Positions 63,579-64,000 of a DNA stretch of 64,000 nt are shown one piece after another; the first letter of the stretch is position 1; the number at the start of each line of letters is the position of its first letter. Origin of the DNA: a virus. Taxonomy: Duplodnaviria; Caudoviricetes. Under the pieces are notes generated by a model, which saw only the letters and a list, made by a program, of their open reading frames with translations, was not told the DNA's origin and searched no databases. The translations under genes were made by a program, and so were the position numbers. Where the stretch lies: the IMG/VR virus record IMGVR_UViG_3300032285_003957, positions 1-64,000 of that record, one strand, 5' to 3'.

Positions 63579-63980
63579 TTAGTTTTTAACTAATTTAGTT
63601 CTTGATATAAAATTATAACTCTCTTCAAATGTTACAGGCTTTTCAATCGCACGTCTTTTTATATTAAGGACATATAACGCATATGAAAGTGCAGCACCTT
63701 CGCCATGACCATATATTGTTCTTCGATATAAATTCTTATCATATAATGATGCATATTCAAACACTGGTTTTATTTTTTCCAACTCATATTGAATTTTATC
63801 GTAATCTAATCCAACAGGGAAATAAAACAATTGTTCAAACATTGTTTCTAATTTTGATGGTTCGGTTCCTTCCAATGTGAGAAACTCAATTATTGGACGA
63901 GCCCATTTATCAACGTTTATGTCAGGTAGATATTTCCATGATTTCCATTCACCGTTAACATTAACGGGCCAAAAAGTCAA
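63579..63980 (-). CDS. hypothetical protein (5' part probably beyond the window)
   Basis: ORF track; YGHGEGAALSYAL. Confidence 0.65.
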   Translation of the reverse strand: MTFWPVNVNGEWKSWKYLPDINVDKWARPIIEFLTLEGTEPSKLETMFEQLFYFPVGLDYDKIQYELEKIKPVFEYASLYDKNLYRRTIYGHGEGAALSYALYVLNIKRRAIEKPVTFEESYNFISRTKLVKN

Positions 63981-64000
63981 ATATAAAACCTCATCAAAAC

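Noticed and set aside
1-64000. Amber or other stop-codon recoding
   Set aside because: Long ORFs are intact under the standard code, and TAG stops (19589, 30433, 27066) fall at natural gene ends

Overview
AT-rich, gene-dense segment of a large (jumbo-type) tailed phage, most likely infecting a Bacteroidota host. Support: recurrent TTTG-N19/20-TAnnTTTG sigma70 promoters, no obvious Shine-Dalgarno motifs, no rRNA or core cellular genes, standard genetic code. Layout: (1) 1-4160, plus-strand small ORFs, including a cassette-like array joined by an identical 35-nt junction (MKPFKFF leaders) and a PlcP/LpxH-like phosphoesterase next to a GT2. (2) 4160-5000, non-coding hub with DnaA boxes and seven AGCGA-hairpin-GAGCG elements (candidate origin or genome end). 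(3) 5000-19800, minus-strand early/host-takeover module built from repeated terminator / inverted CTGGCA..TGCCAG spacer / host promoter units, closed by more DnaA boxes and a G-quadruplex-like tract. (4) 19800-56500, mostly genes preceded by a TATTTAT(A) box; many share short N-terminal leaders ending in Glu (candidate capsid-targeting signals); also a GH19 endolysin, nucleases and an 8-kb glycosyl/methyltransferase cluster. (5) 56500-63400, RNA-gene region: tmRNA, an ~800-nt GOLLD-like ncRNA, 13 standard tRNAs, two enlarged tRNA-like RNAs, structured spacers and an HNH endonuclease. All product calls come from motifs recognised by eye; no database searches or folding programs were run.
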